From Malacoraja senta (lineage: Eukaryota), in NCBI GenBank assembly GCA_038087875.1, contig JAXLNO010002359.1, positions 62,001 through 126,000 of the forward strand: a DNA stretch of 64,000 nt. The letters are read 5' to 3'. The stretch's first letter is position 1. Each line of letters starts with the position of its first letter. The position numbers and the translations under genes were made by a program. The notes beneath the pieces are model-generated. The model was given only the letters and a program-made list of their open reading frames with translations. It made no database searches and was not told the DNA's origin. Shown piece after piece: positions 25,148 through 37,700 of this stretch.

Positions 25148-25641
25148 GGGCAGGAAGGGGGGGGGGGAGGGGGTAGTCGCTATAAGCCCCCCATGATAAA
25201 TTTTATCTAACACTGATATTGAAGATAGACAAAAGCTGGAGTAGCTCAGCAGGACAGGCAGCGCAGCGACTCTGGAGAGAAGACCCTTCTTCAGACTGAA
25301 CTGAACTCTTGTCGGTGAGAGTACTTGTGATTGTCTAAAGAAGGGTCTCGACCAGAAACGCAACCCTCTCCCCAGAGCCCCTGCCCGTCCCGCTGAGCCA
25401 CCACAGACAGGGAGTTGAAGGTAGCGACAGGGGGGTCCACCTTCAACTTCAGAGCCAAACAAAAAACACAGAGTGCTGGAGGAACTCAGCGGGCAAGGCA
25501 GCACCCGCGGAGGGAACAGATCACTGATCAGGAGCCGCCACGGGCCAGGACTCTCCCCCCCCCCCCGAACAGAAAGGAACCGCAGATGCAGCCGTCACTG
25601 CAAAACGTCTAAGAAGGAACTGCAGATGCTGGAAAATCGAA

Positions 25642-25816
25642 GGTAGACAAAAATGCTGGAGAAACTCAGCGGGTGAGGCAGCAACTATGTAGCGAAGGAA
25701 ATAGCCAACGTTTCGGACCAGGTCTGAAGAAGGGTTTCGACCCGAAACGATGCCTATTTCCTTTGCTCCATAGATGCTGCCTCACCCGCTGAGTTTCCCC
25801 AGCATTTTTGTCTACC
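25642..25816. mobile_element. Inverted pair of Penelope terminal repeats forming a palindrome around a hammerhead core
   Basis: ggtagacaaaaatgctggagaaactcagcgggtgaggcagca.. is mirrored by ..tgctgcctcacccgctgagtttccccagcatttttgtctacc; CTGAAGA at 25724. Confidence 0.75.
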
Positions 25817-26039
25817 GCAAAACGTCAATGATTACGGGAATGCCGAGAGAGCTGGAGAGAGACGAGATGGGGAGCGGGAGAGAGAGAGCGCGCGAGAGAG
25901 AGAGGGAGGGAGAGAGCGAAAGACAGAGAGACACAATGTGGGTCAGTAGGTCCGTGCATTGATGACACATTGTATAACTACTTGCTAACTACTGGCTGTT
26001 AACAAGTGCTACAATAATAGTTAACAAATCGTTTGTGTC

Positions 26040-26234
26040 TGACGGCCGTGCAGCGGTTGTTATCCATGTTCGTTTTGTAAAAAAATCCATATGGCGAATG
26101 TTAAAAAAAAAATCTTTATTTAACAAAGCGAATATGTATTTCCGTACGAAATACGGAAAATTAACACGGGGCTCCCCTTAGGCGCGGGCCCCAATTGGGA
26201 GAAATCGGTCCAATCGGCTTAAGGTCGGCCCTGC
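26040..26234 (-). mobile_element. Probable end of a non-autonomous hAT-like DNA transposon
   Basis: Minus strand starts cagggccgaccttaagccgattgg, a CAGGG terminus typical of hAT MITEs; partner end not found. Confidence 0.4.
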
Positions 26235-26239
26235 CCTGA

Positions 26240-26735
26240 CTCTACTATCTTCAAGAGCCCTATCTAGCTCTCTCTTGAAAGCATCCAGCGAACCGACCTC
26301 CACAACCCTCTGAGGCAGAGAATTCCACACTCACAACCCTGTGTGAAAAAGTTTTTCCTCATCTCCGTTCCAAATGGCTTGCCCCTTATTCTTAAACTAT
26401 GGTCCCTGGTTCTGGACTCTCCCAACATCAGCAACAAATGTCCTGCCTCTAGTGTGTCCAAACCCTTAATAATCTTATATGTTTCAATAAGATATCCTCT
26501 CATCCTTCTAAATTCCAGAGTATACAAGACCAGCCGCTCCATTCTCTCAGCATATGACAGTCCCGTCATCCCGGGAATTAACCTTGTAAACCTACGCTGC
26601 ACTCCCTCAATAGCAAGAATGTCCTTCCTCATATTAGGGGACCAAAACTGCGCACAATACTCCAGGTGTGGTCTCACTAGGGCCCTGTACAACTGCAGAA
26701 GGACCTCTTTGCTTCTATACTCAACTCCTCTTGTT
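26240..26735 (-). mobile_element. CR1 3' fragment
   Basis: ORF 26264-26692 (RPHLEYCAQFWSP..RTRDHSL). Confidence 0.9.
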
Positions 26736-27625
26736 TGAATCCTTTATCCTTTAAATGTAAAGGATGCCCTATGTGTTCATATTAAACCTTATCATCTCAC
26801 CTCAAACCCGTGTCCTCTGGTTCTTGATACCCCCACACTGGATAAAAGGCTCTGTTCATTCAGCATATCTATTCCCCTCAATAATTCAATTATCTCAGCC
26901 TCCTGCACTCCAAGGAATAAAGTCTGAGGGAGCACAATTTTTCAGGCCCATACAGCTGATCCAATATTGGTCTCAACACCACCTTCCCACTTTTCCCACG
27001 TCTCCTGACTTCTGTTGAGTTTATAGTCAATCATCCTCTTCCTTGAACATAGTCAATGTCTCAGCCTCTGCAGCTCCTTTGGGAAGATGACATCAAAAAC
27101 TGTTGTGCCAGTCAGAGCAATATGGGATGACTTTGGTGTAATGACAAAACATTGTCCTCAATGAGTGTGCAATGGTCTTCTGATTTCTGCCAAAGCCATG
27201 GTCAACAGATTCACCTGTTGCAGGTGGACAGGAGAGGAGGAGGTTAAGTAGGTCATTCCCTTATGTTGGCTCATTCTCTACCTGCTGTACAAAGAGCCTG
27301 GCAGTCACATCCTTCAGGGTTTGGCCATCTCAGTGAGTGGTCGTGTGACCAAGCCACTCCCAATGATGGATGCTGAGGTCCACACCCAGTGTACACTCTG
27401 TACTCTTGCTTCTTTTAATGTCATTCGAGATTTTGCTCAGCTGACCAATAATGGTGGGCATTCAATAGGACACTGAAAGCTTCCCATGGTGAAATCTGTG
27501 GAATCCTTCCCATGAAGAGGCAAGTGAGGAAAAAGTATGTTCTTTCTCCTTTCACCAGGGCCAATCCTCTCTCCGGGAATGCTTCAGTTTATCCTAATGG
27601 GTGCAATGGAATTGCCAGCATGTTT

Positions 27626-28265
27626 AATGAACACAACCCTCTATGGAGGTTTTTTCATCATGAAATGGCAGGACCTCCCTGGATTGCATGTACTCTCTCA
27701 TGGAACATCAGGCCCAGCAGGATGCAGCAAAGCACCTGGAGCTCTCCCATTTGAGATCCATTCGAAATGTTCAAAATCCCAAAGGTGCAAGTTCGATTCC
27801 AGATGGAATCTTTATTTGTTGTATATTTCTATATCTGAACCCATTTGTATCAACATCAGTGGTGCCGGAACCCTGAGCTGGAGGGGGAGTGTCATTTAGT
27901 TTGACAAGAGGCAGTGTCAGTTACTGTGCAGTGTGAGGGAACCTCAGCTTGTCCTGTGCTGGGCTCAAAGCCACGTTGCTGCTTCTCCAGAATTCCACAC
28001 AAGTTCCTCCGCAGAAGGTCAGTAAACTTCAGACATTATTCTTCATTGGTAATAGTGGATTAAATGAACGTGATTAAATGATTGAAATGTAGTTTGCAAA
28101 ACTGATGTACTTCTTCAAATGTTATTGTGAAATGTGTTCTCCTATTACAATTATGGTGTCTTCACTAAAAAGGGAACAAATGTCATTATTTTTGCTACAT
28201 CCGACTGATTAAAATCTGACATAGCGGTGTTTCTCTTGACTATTCAAATGCACTTTATTCTTTCC
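27626..28265 (+). repeat. Second copy of the 640-bp duplicated segment (no DIRS insertion here)
   Basis: Matches 4133-4771; continues leftward into sequence that the DIRS element replaces in the first copy. Confidence 0.95.
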
Positions 28266-28792
28266 CACATTTCAAATTTCCTGTTTCCTACCTGCTGTAT
28301 GAAAAGATTGCAATATATAACCTTGTTTGTTGTTTCTGTTTCCCAAAACAATGTTTTGATCTTGAAAAAAAAGAAATTGTTGGATGAATCATTTGCCTCC
28401 ACAGATGCTCCTGAGCCGCTGAGTTCCTCCAGGAACTTGTTTTGTTTTTTTTGCTTCAAGGAGAAGAAGTGGATGTGTTGAATTTTCAGAAGGTCTTTGA
28501 TAAAACCATGCATAAAAGATCAACAAGGAATATTAAAATATGTGGATTTGGCAATGTTCAACTGGGATGGATTGAAAATTCTTTAGCAGGCTAGGAACCG
28601 AGACTTCTTTTGGGTGGCACATGGTGACTAATGAGCCATCATTCAAACCATTGCTTGAGCCTGTTATTTTCAATGTACATTAATGATTTTGACAAGTAAG
28701 TAAATTTAATATTTCTAAGTTTTATGACATGAAACCGAGAGCAATTAGGAGAAGCAAAGAGGATGCAAAGAGATTTCCAGGTGATCTCAGTC

Positions 28793-31050
28793 AATAGACA
28801 ATAGACAATAGGTGCAGGAGTAGGCCATTCGGCCTTCGAGCCAGCACCGCCATTCAATGTGATCATGGCTGATCATCCCCAATCAGTACCCCGTTCCTGC
28901 CTTCTCCCCATATCCCCTGACTCCGCTATTTTTAAGAGCCCTATAGAAACATAGAAAATAGGTGCAGGAGTAGGCCATTCGGCCCTTCGAGCCTGCACCG
29001 CCATTCAATATGATCATGGCTGATCATCCAACTCAGTACCCTGTACCTGCTTTCTCTCCATACCCCCTAATCCCTTTAGCCACAAGGGCCACATCTAACT
29101 CGCTCTTAAATATAGCCAATGAACTGGCCTGAACTACATTCTGTGGCAGAGAATTCCAGAGACACTATCTAGCTCTCTCTTGAAAGCATCCAGAGAACCT
29201 GCCTCAACCGCCCTCTGAGGCAAAGAATTCCACAGACTCGCCACTCTCTGTGAGTAAAAGTGTTTCCTCATCTACGTTCTAAATGGCTTATTTCTTATTC
29301 TTAAACTGTGGCCCCTGGTTCTGGACCCCCAACATCGGGAACATGTTTCCTGCCTCTAGCGTGTCCAAACCCTTAACAAACTTATATGTTTCAATGAGAT
29401 CCCCCTCATCCTTCTAAACTACAGAGTGTACAAGCCCAGCTGCTCCATTCTCTCAGTATATGACAGTCCCGCCATCCCGGGAATTAACCTTGTAAACCTA
29501 CGCTGCACTCCCTCAATAGCAAGAATGTCCTTCTTCAAATTAGGGGACCAAAACTGCACACAATACTCCAGGTGTGGTCTCACTAGGGCTCTGTACAAAT
29601 GCAGAAGGACCTCTTTGCTCCTATATTCGATTCTTCTTGTTATAAAGGCCAACATGCCATTCGCTTTCTTCACTGCCTGCTGTACCTGCATGCTTACTTT
29701 CATAGACTGATGAACACGGACCCCCAGCTCCCGTTGAACTTCCCCTTTTCCTAACTTGACACAATTTAGATAGCAATTTGCCTTCCTGTTTTTGCTACCA
29801 AAGTGGATAACCTCACATTTATCCGCATTAAACTTCATCTGCCATGCATCTGCCCACTCCCCCAACCTGTCCAAGTCACCCTGCATTCCCATTGCATCCT
29901 CCTCACAGTTCACACTGCCACCCAGCTTTGTGCCATCTGCAAATTTGCTAATGTTACTTTGAATCTCTTCATCCAAATCATTGATGTATATTGTAAATAG
30001 CTGCGGTACCAGACCGAGCCTTGCCATACCCCACTAGTCACTGCCTGCCATTCTGAAAGGGACCCATTAATCCCTACTCTTTCTTTCCTGTCTGCCAATC
30101 ACTTCTCTATCCATGTCAGCACTCTACCCCCAATACCATGTGCCCTAAATTTGCCCACTAATCTCCTATGTGGGACCTAATCAAATGCTTTCTGAAAGTC
30201 CAGGTACACTACATCCACTGGCTCTCCCTTGTCCATTTTCTAGTTACATCTTAAAAAAATTCAAGAAGATTGGTCAAGCATGATTTCCCCTTCGTAAATC
30301 CATGCTAACTAGGACCGATCCTGTTAATGCTATCCAAATGTGCGGCTATTTCATATTTTATAATTGATTCCAGCATCTTCCCCACCACCGATGTCAGGCT
30401 AACTGGTCTATAATTCCCTGTTTTCTCTCTCGCTCCTTTCTTGAAAAGTGGGATGACATTAGCTATCCTCCAATCCACAGGAACTGATCCTGACTCTATT
30501 GAACATTGGCAAATGATCACCAATGCGTCCACTATTTCTAGACCTACCTCCATGAGGACCTTGGGATGCAGACCATCAGGCCCAGGGGATTTATCATCCT
30601 TCAGTCTCATTAGACTACCCAATACTATTTCTCGCCTAATGAACATTTCTTTCAGTTCCTCTACCCACTTAGATCCTCTGTCCTCCAGTATTTCTGGGAG
30701 ATTGTTTGTGTCTTCCTTAGAGAAGACAGATCGGAAGTACCTGTTCAACTCTTCTGCCATTTCCTTTTTACCCATAATAATTTCACCCACGTCTGCCTTC
30801 AAGGGACCCACATTTGACTTTGCTACTCTTTTTCCCTTAACATATCTAAAGAAGCTTTTACTGTCCTTCTTTATATTCCTGGCCTGCTTCCCTTCGTACT
30901 TCATTTTTCAGCCCGTTTAGCCCGTTTTGTTTCCTTCTGTTGTCCTATGAAAGTTTCCCAATCCTCTGGCTTCCGGCTACTCTTTGCTGTGTTGTACATC
31001 TTTTCTTTTAGTTTTATTCTATCCCTAACTTCTCTTGTCAACCACGGTTG
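28793..31050 (-). mobile_element. CR1 LINE (ORF2 linker, RT, tail) with a second CR1 tail nested at about 28945-29160
   Basis: ORFs 30305-30904 and 29419-30027 on -; two aataggtgcaggagtaggcc tail motifs (about 28808 and 28957). Confidence 0.92.
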
Positions 31051-31199
31051 CCTCCCACTTCCCTTAGTTGAGAAAAAATCAGGAAGTAAAACAGCCCAGA
31101 GATCAAAATAGACGAATCATTGTGGTTGAATTGCATAAAAGCTCTTAATGCAGCCTTAACCATTGCTCTGAATTTTGCTTCAGGTCCTGAATGTGATAT

Positions 31200-31430
31200 G
31201 AGTTTGTATGTTGGTTGCACCAAGCTTCAGTGCGTCCCTCAGCACGTTTTCCTGCAGTCTAGAGTGGGTCAAGTGGCAACATTCCCTGATGGAACACACT
31301 TTGACATATCGTTGCTTCATTCCTCAGCACAGTAACAGCGTGTGGGAGATGGGGCAATGTTCCTGTCCTTATAATCCAGCCTTTGACCCACAGTGAGCAG
31401 CACCAGAACGGAAGTATTGCAATTGAAGTT
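31200..31430 (-). mobile_element. Tx1/L1-like LINE 3' remnant
   Basis: Minus strand reads SRLQENVLRDALKLGA; matches the + strand remnant at about 36090-36130. Confidence 0.55.
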
Positions 31431-31644
31431 TTATCTTTAGAAACAAAATAGACACTTCCTCACTCTTACATTCAATGGCCTTAGCATTGAAGGCAAGCAT
31501 ACCATACGCCTTCTTCACTACCCTAACTACTTGTGCTGCCACTTTCCGTGAGCTATCAACGTGGACTACAAATGCACTGAAGATATGTGTCTCAAACTGG
31601 CTCAGTCTTAAATTCTATGTTATTTCCCACAGGGAATCCACAAA

Positions 31645-31732
31645 ATGAGGCCCAGGTTTTTCTGCAGCAGTTTGCCAGCTGGTTTGATGTTCGGTGTCTT
31701 TGTTTTCCTGCTTCGACCTGTTTCCACACAGA
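31645..31732 (+). CDS. Leader exon: signal peptide MRPRFFCSSLPAGLMFGVFVFLLRPVSTQ
   Basis: Acceptor tatttcccacag before 31633, ATG at 31645, hydrophobic core, phase-1 donor A|gtaagt. Confidence 0.75.
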
Positions 31733-34700
31733 GTAAGTGCTTTCTCTTCACCGGTCACAATCACGTTGCTTTACTTTATCATTGTCCGTGTAAACCCACA
31801 CCCCATTGTCAATCTCTCTTTCCTCTCCACATCCCACAAAACCACCCCATCCTTGCTGGGGCTCCATTTGTGACAGGGACATGATTAGCAACACAATGTT
31901 CCATGTTTCTATGGGAAAAAGATGGGGGAATTGCTCTATTAATCAGGGAAACTATCTTGTTGGCACTCAGAGCGGAGACTCTGGATGGTTTGTCCATTGA
32001 GGTGATATGGGTGAAAATAAGAAAGGTGAACGCAATTCAACGAAGTTGTATGAGACGTCCCCCAAGAGTGAGCAGGAAATAGAGGAACAGATGTGGACAC
32101 AGATTACTGAAAGATTACACAAATGGATGTCTTGGGGGTGACTAATGGTATATTCAATAGGATGTTTTGTAACAGTTGTGAATAGTGCAACGTCAGATAG
32201 GAATCCAAAATGGACCTTGTGTTGGGAAATGAGTCTGGCCAAGTGACTGATGTTTTAGTGAAAGAGTATTTTGGAGACAGTGAATACAACTGCATAAGTT
32301 TTAAGATTGGTTTGAATAGGGATAAGTCTGTTCTGTGCGACAAGACATTAATTTGAGTAAGGCAAATGACACCATTATTAGGCAGGAGCTTGGTAAGGTA
32401 CACTCAGAGCAGTTGTTATTAAGTTACTCCAAGTCTGAGATTGACAATTGTCTGAAGGTCAGTTGATCCAAACTCAAGACCGGCAAGTTCCAGTAAGGAG
32501 GAGAGATAAGACTGACAAAGTAAGGGAACCTGAGATGACCAAATAAATGTGTAAATTTGGTCAAAAATAGAAAGGAAACACATGCAAGGTTCAAGAATAT
32601 GGAAGCAGAGAGGGCCATTGAGGAATATAAAGCAAGGAGGAAAGAACTCAAGCGGGCGATTAGAAGGGAGAAAATAGGCCACAAAATGGCTGTGGTGATT
32701 TGGAGTAAAGAAAGTTCCAAGGCTTCTTATACTTACATTAAAATCAAGACGGTAGACAAGGAGAAGGTAAACAAGGATAAATGAAGGAAACTGAAACTGG
32801 AGTTAGGGGATGTAGGTGAGGTGTCAGATAACTCCAGGGATGAGAGGAGCAAGGGAAAAGAGGAAAAAATGAAATAAAATAAAATATGTCAGTAAAAAGC
32901 TGGGGTGGATTGTTTGGGGATTTGTTGCCTGAAAGTCAAGAATTCAATGTTCATACCATTAAGTTGTCAGATACCCAAGAGAAATATGAAGTGAGATTTC
33001 TTCAGTTTGCATGTGGCCTCACTGGCAATGGAGGAGGCCAAGGACAGAAAGATCAGTATGGGAATGGGAGTTAAAATGGTTTATTTGTTTAGAGAGAGAA
33101 TTCAGCGAATTAAAGAACTATGAGTCACATGACAACGGTAGGAAACTATTGGAAAGGATTCTTTGGGATAGAATTGACTCCCATTTGGAACAAAATAGAT
33201 GAGGGGATTAAAGACAGTAGGCATGACTTTTACGTGGCATTGTCTACAGTGATTTTAGTAAGGCACTTGGTAAAGTTCCCCATGATAGACGGATGCTGAA
33301 GATTAATAAGCATGGGATTAACATTGAATTGTTTGTCAGGATTCAGAATGGGCAGACTAGAAAACAGAGGAAAAGGTAATATTCAGGCAGGAAATCTGTG
33401 ACCAGTGGAGTTCTATATGGATCTCTGCCAGGACCACTGTCAGTCATGATTTATACAATGAATTTAAATGTAGATGGGTTGGTTAGTACATTTGCAGATG
33501 AGAACAAGATTGCTGCACTGTGCACAACGCTGTCAAAGTACCAAAGTATGTTGTAAAGTAATGAATGGGATATAGACCAGCTACAGAAGTGGGTGGACAA
33601 ATGACAGATCAAGTTTAATCCAAGCATCTGTGAGGTGTTGCACTTTGGGAGGTTGAATATAAGGGGAAGATATACAATTAACGGCAAGGCCCTTAACAGC
33701 ATTGATGTACAGAGGGACCTTGGGATCCAAGTCCCAAACTCTCTGAAAATGGTAATACAGGTAGATAGAGTGGCAAAGAAGGCAGATGGCATGCCTTTGG
33801 TTGGATCATTGGGTATAAGAGTCAGGAAGTCAGGATGTGATGCAGCTTTGTAGGACTTTGGTTAGGCCGGATTTCAAGCATTACATGCAGTTCTGGATGC
33901 CCCGAAAAGATGCAGAGGCTTTGGAGACAGGGCGGAGAAGGTTTACAAGAATTATGCCTGTGTTACTGGATATTAGCTACAGGGAGAGGTTGAATAGACT
34001 TGGATTGTTTTCTCTGGAATGTTTGACATTGAAGTGAGGCTTGATAGAATTCTACCAAATTATGAGCGGCAAGGTCAATGTAGACAGTCAGAATCTTTTC
34101 CCCAGGATGGATATATCAAATACAAGAGGGCATGGGGGGCTTTTGGGTGAGAGAGGCAAAGTGTGAAGGAGATGTGAAGGACAAGTATTTTACAGTGGTG
34201 AGTGGCTGGAACATGCTGCTGGTGGTGATGGAGGGAGATGTGTCAATGGGCTTTAAGAGACTTTTGGATAGGCACATGGACATGCAGGGAATGGAGAGAT
34301 ATGGATTATGTGTAGGCAGATAAGAGTTGGTCGTGGCATTATGCTCGACATAGACCTTGTGGGCCGAGGGGCTTGTTCCTGTTCTGAACTGTTCTATGTT
34401 GTAAATCACTGTGGAATGAGGAGCAGGCAGGGAGGCAGGAGCATGTTTATTCTGTTCCAGGTCTGTCCGACAAGGGCCGGGGATGCGGTGTGTACAGGAT
34501 CGGCCTGATCTCCACCCACACCAGGAAACCCCGTCACAGGGAACACCGGCTGGAGACCCGACACAAACGCCCTTCCACCTCCGTCTTTCTCCCACTCACT
34601 CTTCTCATGTCATGAAGTATCCCTGGATCAGGCCAGGTTATTCCAGCCAGCCATCTATTCACAAACTGTCCGTCTCACTGGAGGTTCTGTGGGATATCAA

Positions 34701-37700
34701 AACATTCTGGAAATAAATGAAATTCAAAATTAATAATTACAGACATGGAGTGGAGGAAATGTGCTTAAAATATTAATTGCTACATTTTTCCTATTTCCAA
34801 CAGAAATCAGAAATCAGATTTATTTCTTGGATAATGGAGGCGACATTGTGTTAAAAGGACCGGACAATCCTGGGAGTGACACTGTCGTCTGGGAATGGGA
34901 ACCACACTCAGGGCCGGGAAAACAGACAGTGGTAACTCTCCGCATCCAGGTCAGGGGCGTGTGGAGCAAACAGTGGGACAATGGCTGGGGAAACGCAGAC
35001 AAGACCCAGCAGGTGGATGTGGATCTCCGTACTGGTAATCTGGCAATAAAAAAACCCACATTTAAATGGTCAGGATTGTTCACTTTGACCGAAACACATC
35101 CGAGGAACCAGATCCTGGAACGATATGAAATATATGGGATCAAAGGTGAGTGGGCGAGACACGGATCAACAATATGTTTCTCTGTAAATAATGTCACGTG
35201 TAATGATGAAATATGGCGGGAATTGTGAGACTACTTCCACCCGATGAATCTCCCAATGAAACAATTGGGGGAAAGATTTGTCTTCATTGATTCTGTGGGC
35301 CTGGGGTGAGATTGTCGAGTGATACTGCTGCTCAATGTTACCCAGTGAACCAGGTCCATGCCTCACTTGGTTGAGATCCCAGAGGAAGTCCTTCATCTGT
35401 GGAACTTACACTGGTGGGAGAGTTCCCACCTTGAGGGCGGTCGGGGGAGACATGACAGGGACAAATGGAGAAACGTATCAATCCAGTTACATCTAAACGT
35501 TGTTACCATTCACTGGTCAGAGTGTTGCCGGTTGCACCAGCAGTGTCACGGTGAACAGCCGGCATTTACCTGTGTGAATATGAACAGCTTCAGGACTTCC
35601 ACCCATGCGTTTCACAACGAGGAATTCCACAACTTGCTGACAGTTCTTGCGGTGAATCTGCCAGCGCTCCCCTTCACTTCTCCACGTGGAGACCAGGACT
35701 GGAGCAGGAATATGCTGATATTCCCCGACACTGGCACTGGGAAAACTGCTCCCAGATCCGGTGCCTGCAGGGGTGGACACTCTTCAGGGATCAAAACTAA
35801 TCGTTATTGTAGAATTAGTCTCTTTCATGATAAAAAAAAATGAAATATTAATTATTAATAAATGTGTTTACTTCCAAAAGTTGGTGCCACTCAGAACCAT
35901 TCCAACAGCGTGGGAGCTTTAGCAGAGGACGAACACGGCCTTTGCCTCCTGTAGATAATTCTCCACAGGTGTAAAGTGATTGGGATTTGTTCATTGCTCT
36001 AACGTTTGCCGAGATACAGTGAATGAGGTTGGATCCAACTACTTTGATCTTCATGTTTTCCCCAGGGAAATCTCCATTGCAGAATATTCTAGGCTGCAGG
36101 AGTACGTGCTGAGGGACACACTGAAGATCAGTTGCAGACAAAGCAAAAACATTGTGGAATAGAACTACAGTCCATGGACCTTCTGCCACCAGTCCCCGCC
36201 GAGCTAAATCTAATGTACAAACCTCTGAAACACTTGAATTGGTATAATCTCAGGATGCAGCATGAGTGTCAAGAGTGTTATGTACACAAAATGTGTGAAC
36301 ACTGTCAAAGTGAGGAACAATCACACTATGTCTGTGTAGTCTGGACAATATCAAATTCAGATCTAGATTCATATTAGTTCATTGTCATATACATTTGGGT
36401 AAAACACATTCATTGTTCAGATAAAGTAAATTATAATAAAAGGTACATTAAAAAATGCAACAAAAGGAAAACAGTAGAATGGTGCAGAGATTGCAGTGCA
36501 GTCTGAAGTAATGCAACATAAAACTAACGTTTATGAAAATGCCCCAAGGGATGATGAGTGTTTGTGGCTCTGGGCTTGGACTAGCTGGAGTTTAGAAGAA
36601 TGAGGGGCGGGTCTAGGTTTTCAGTTGAGGTGAGATTGAGGCCAGTCATTGGACTTGTACAAACCACTACTCACTCTGAATCTCATTGATCTGTTTTTCA
36701 CAGTTGAGGCAAGTCCACAGAGGACTCTGCTGGGCAGTGACGTCACACTCAGCTGCACCATCTCCAGACTCTCAGATACAGTCAGTCTTCACTGGAGACC
36801 CATGGACTCATCCCAGCAGTACAGAAACAACACTGATCAGATCCGCCTGGATAACACGGTCTATCTGATGGTTCAACACGTTACAGTGGAGGATGGGAAG
36901 TATGTGTGTGATGTGCAGGAAAAAGGAAACATTGTTCACGCAAGTAACGGAGATTTTACTGTAAACGACAGTAAGTGTAAACACCTCCCATTGGATATCA
37001 AGTAGACACTTGTATCACAGTGCTTCTTGTAATATTATGTGTGCGCCCTGTGAAGAACTGTGGCAGTGACCAACTGCTCTCCAGTATAAAATGCTGCAAT
37101 GATCAGGGTGAAGTTTACAGAAAGTCTCTCTGTGGAGCAGCTGCCTGCTTGTCTCTGTGTGACAGACACACAGCACAGGAGGGGGATGTCTTTCTGTAAC
37201 CATTGTTCAGTCAAGTATTTTGTCAGTTTAGTGTGGGGAATTACAGACCAGTTAGTCTAACATTGGTAGTGGGGAAACTCCTAAGGTCAGTTATTAAAAA
37301 TGGGATAGCAGCACATTTGGAAAGTGGTGAAATCATTGGACAAAGTCAGCATGGATTTATGAAAGGTAAATCATGCCTGACGAATCTTATAGAATTTTTC
37401 GAGGATGTAACTAGTAGAGTGGATAAGGGAGAACCAGTGGATGTGTTATATCTGGACTTTCAGAATGTTTCGACAAGGTCTCACATTAAAGATTAGTATA
37501 CAAACTTAAAGCACACGGTATTGGGGGTTCAGTATTGATGTGGATAGAGAACTGGATGGCAGACAGTAAGCAAAGAGTAGGAGTAAACGGGTCCTTTTCA
37601 GAATGGCCGGCAGTGACTAGTGGGGTACCGCAAGGCTCAGTGCTGGGACCCCAGCTATTTACAATATATATTAATGATTTGGATGAGGAAATTGAATGCA

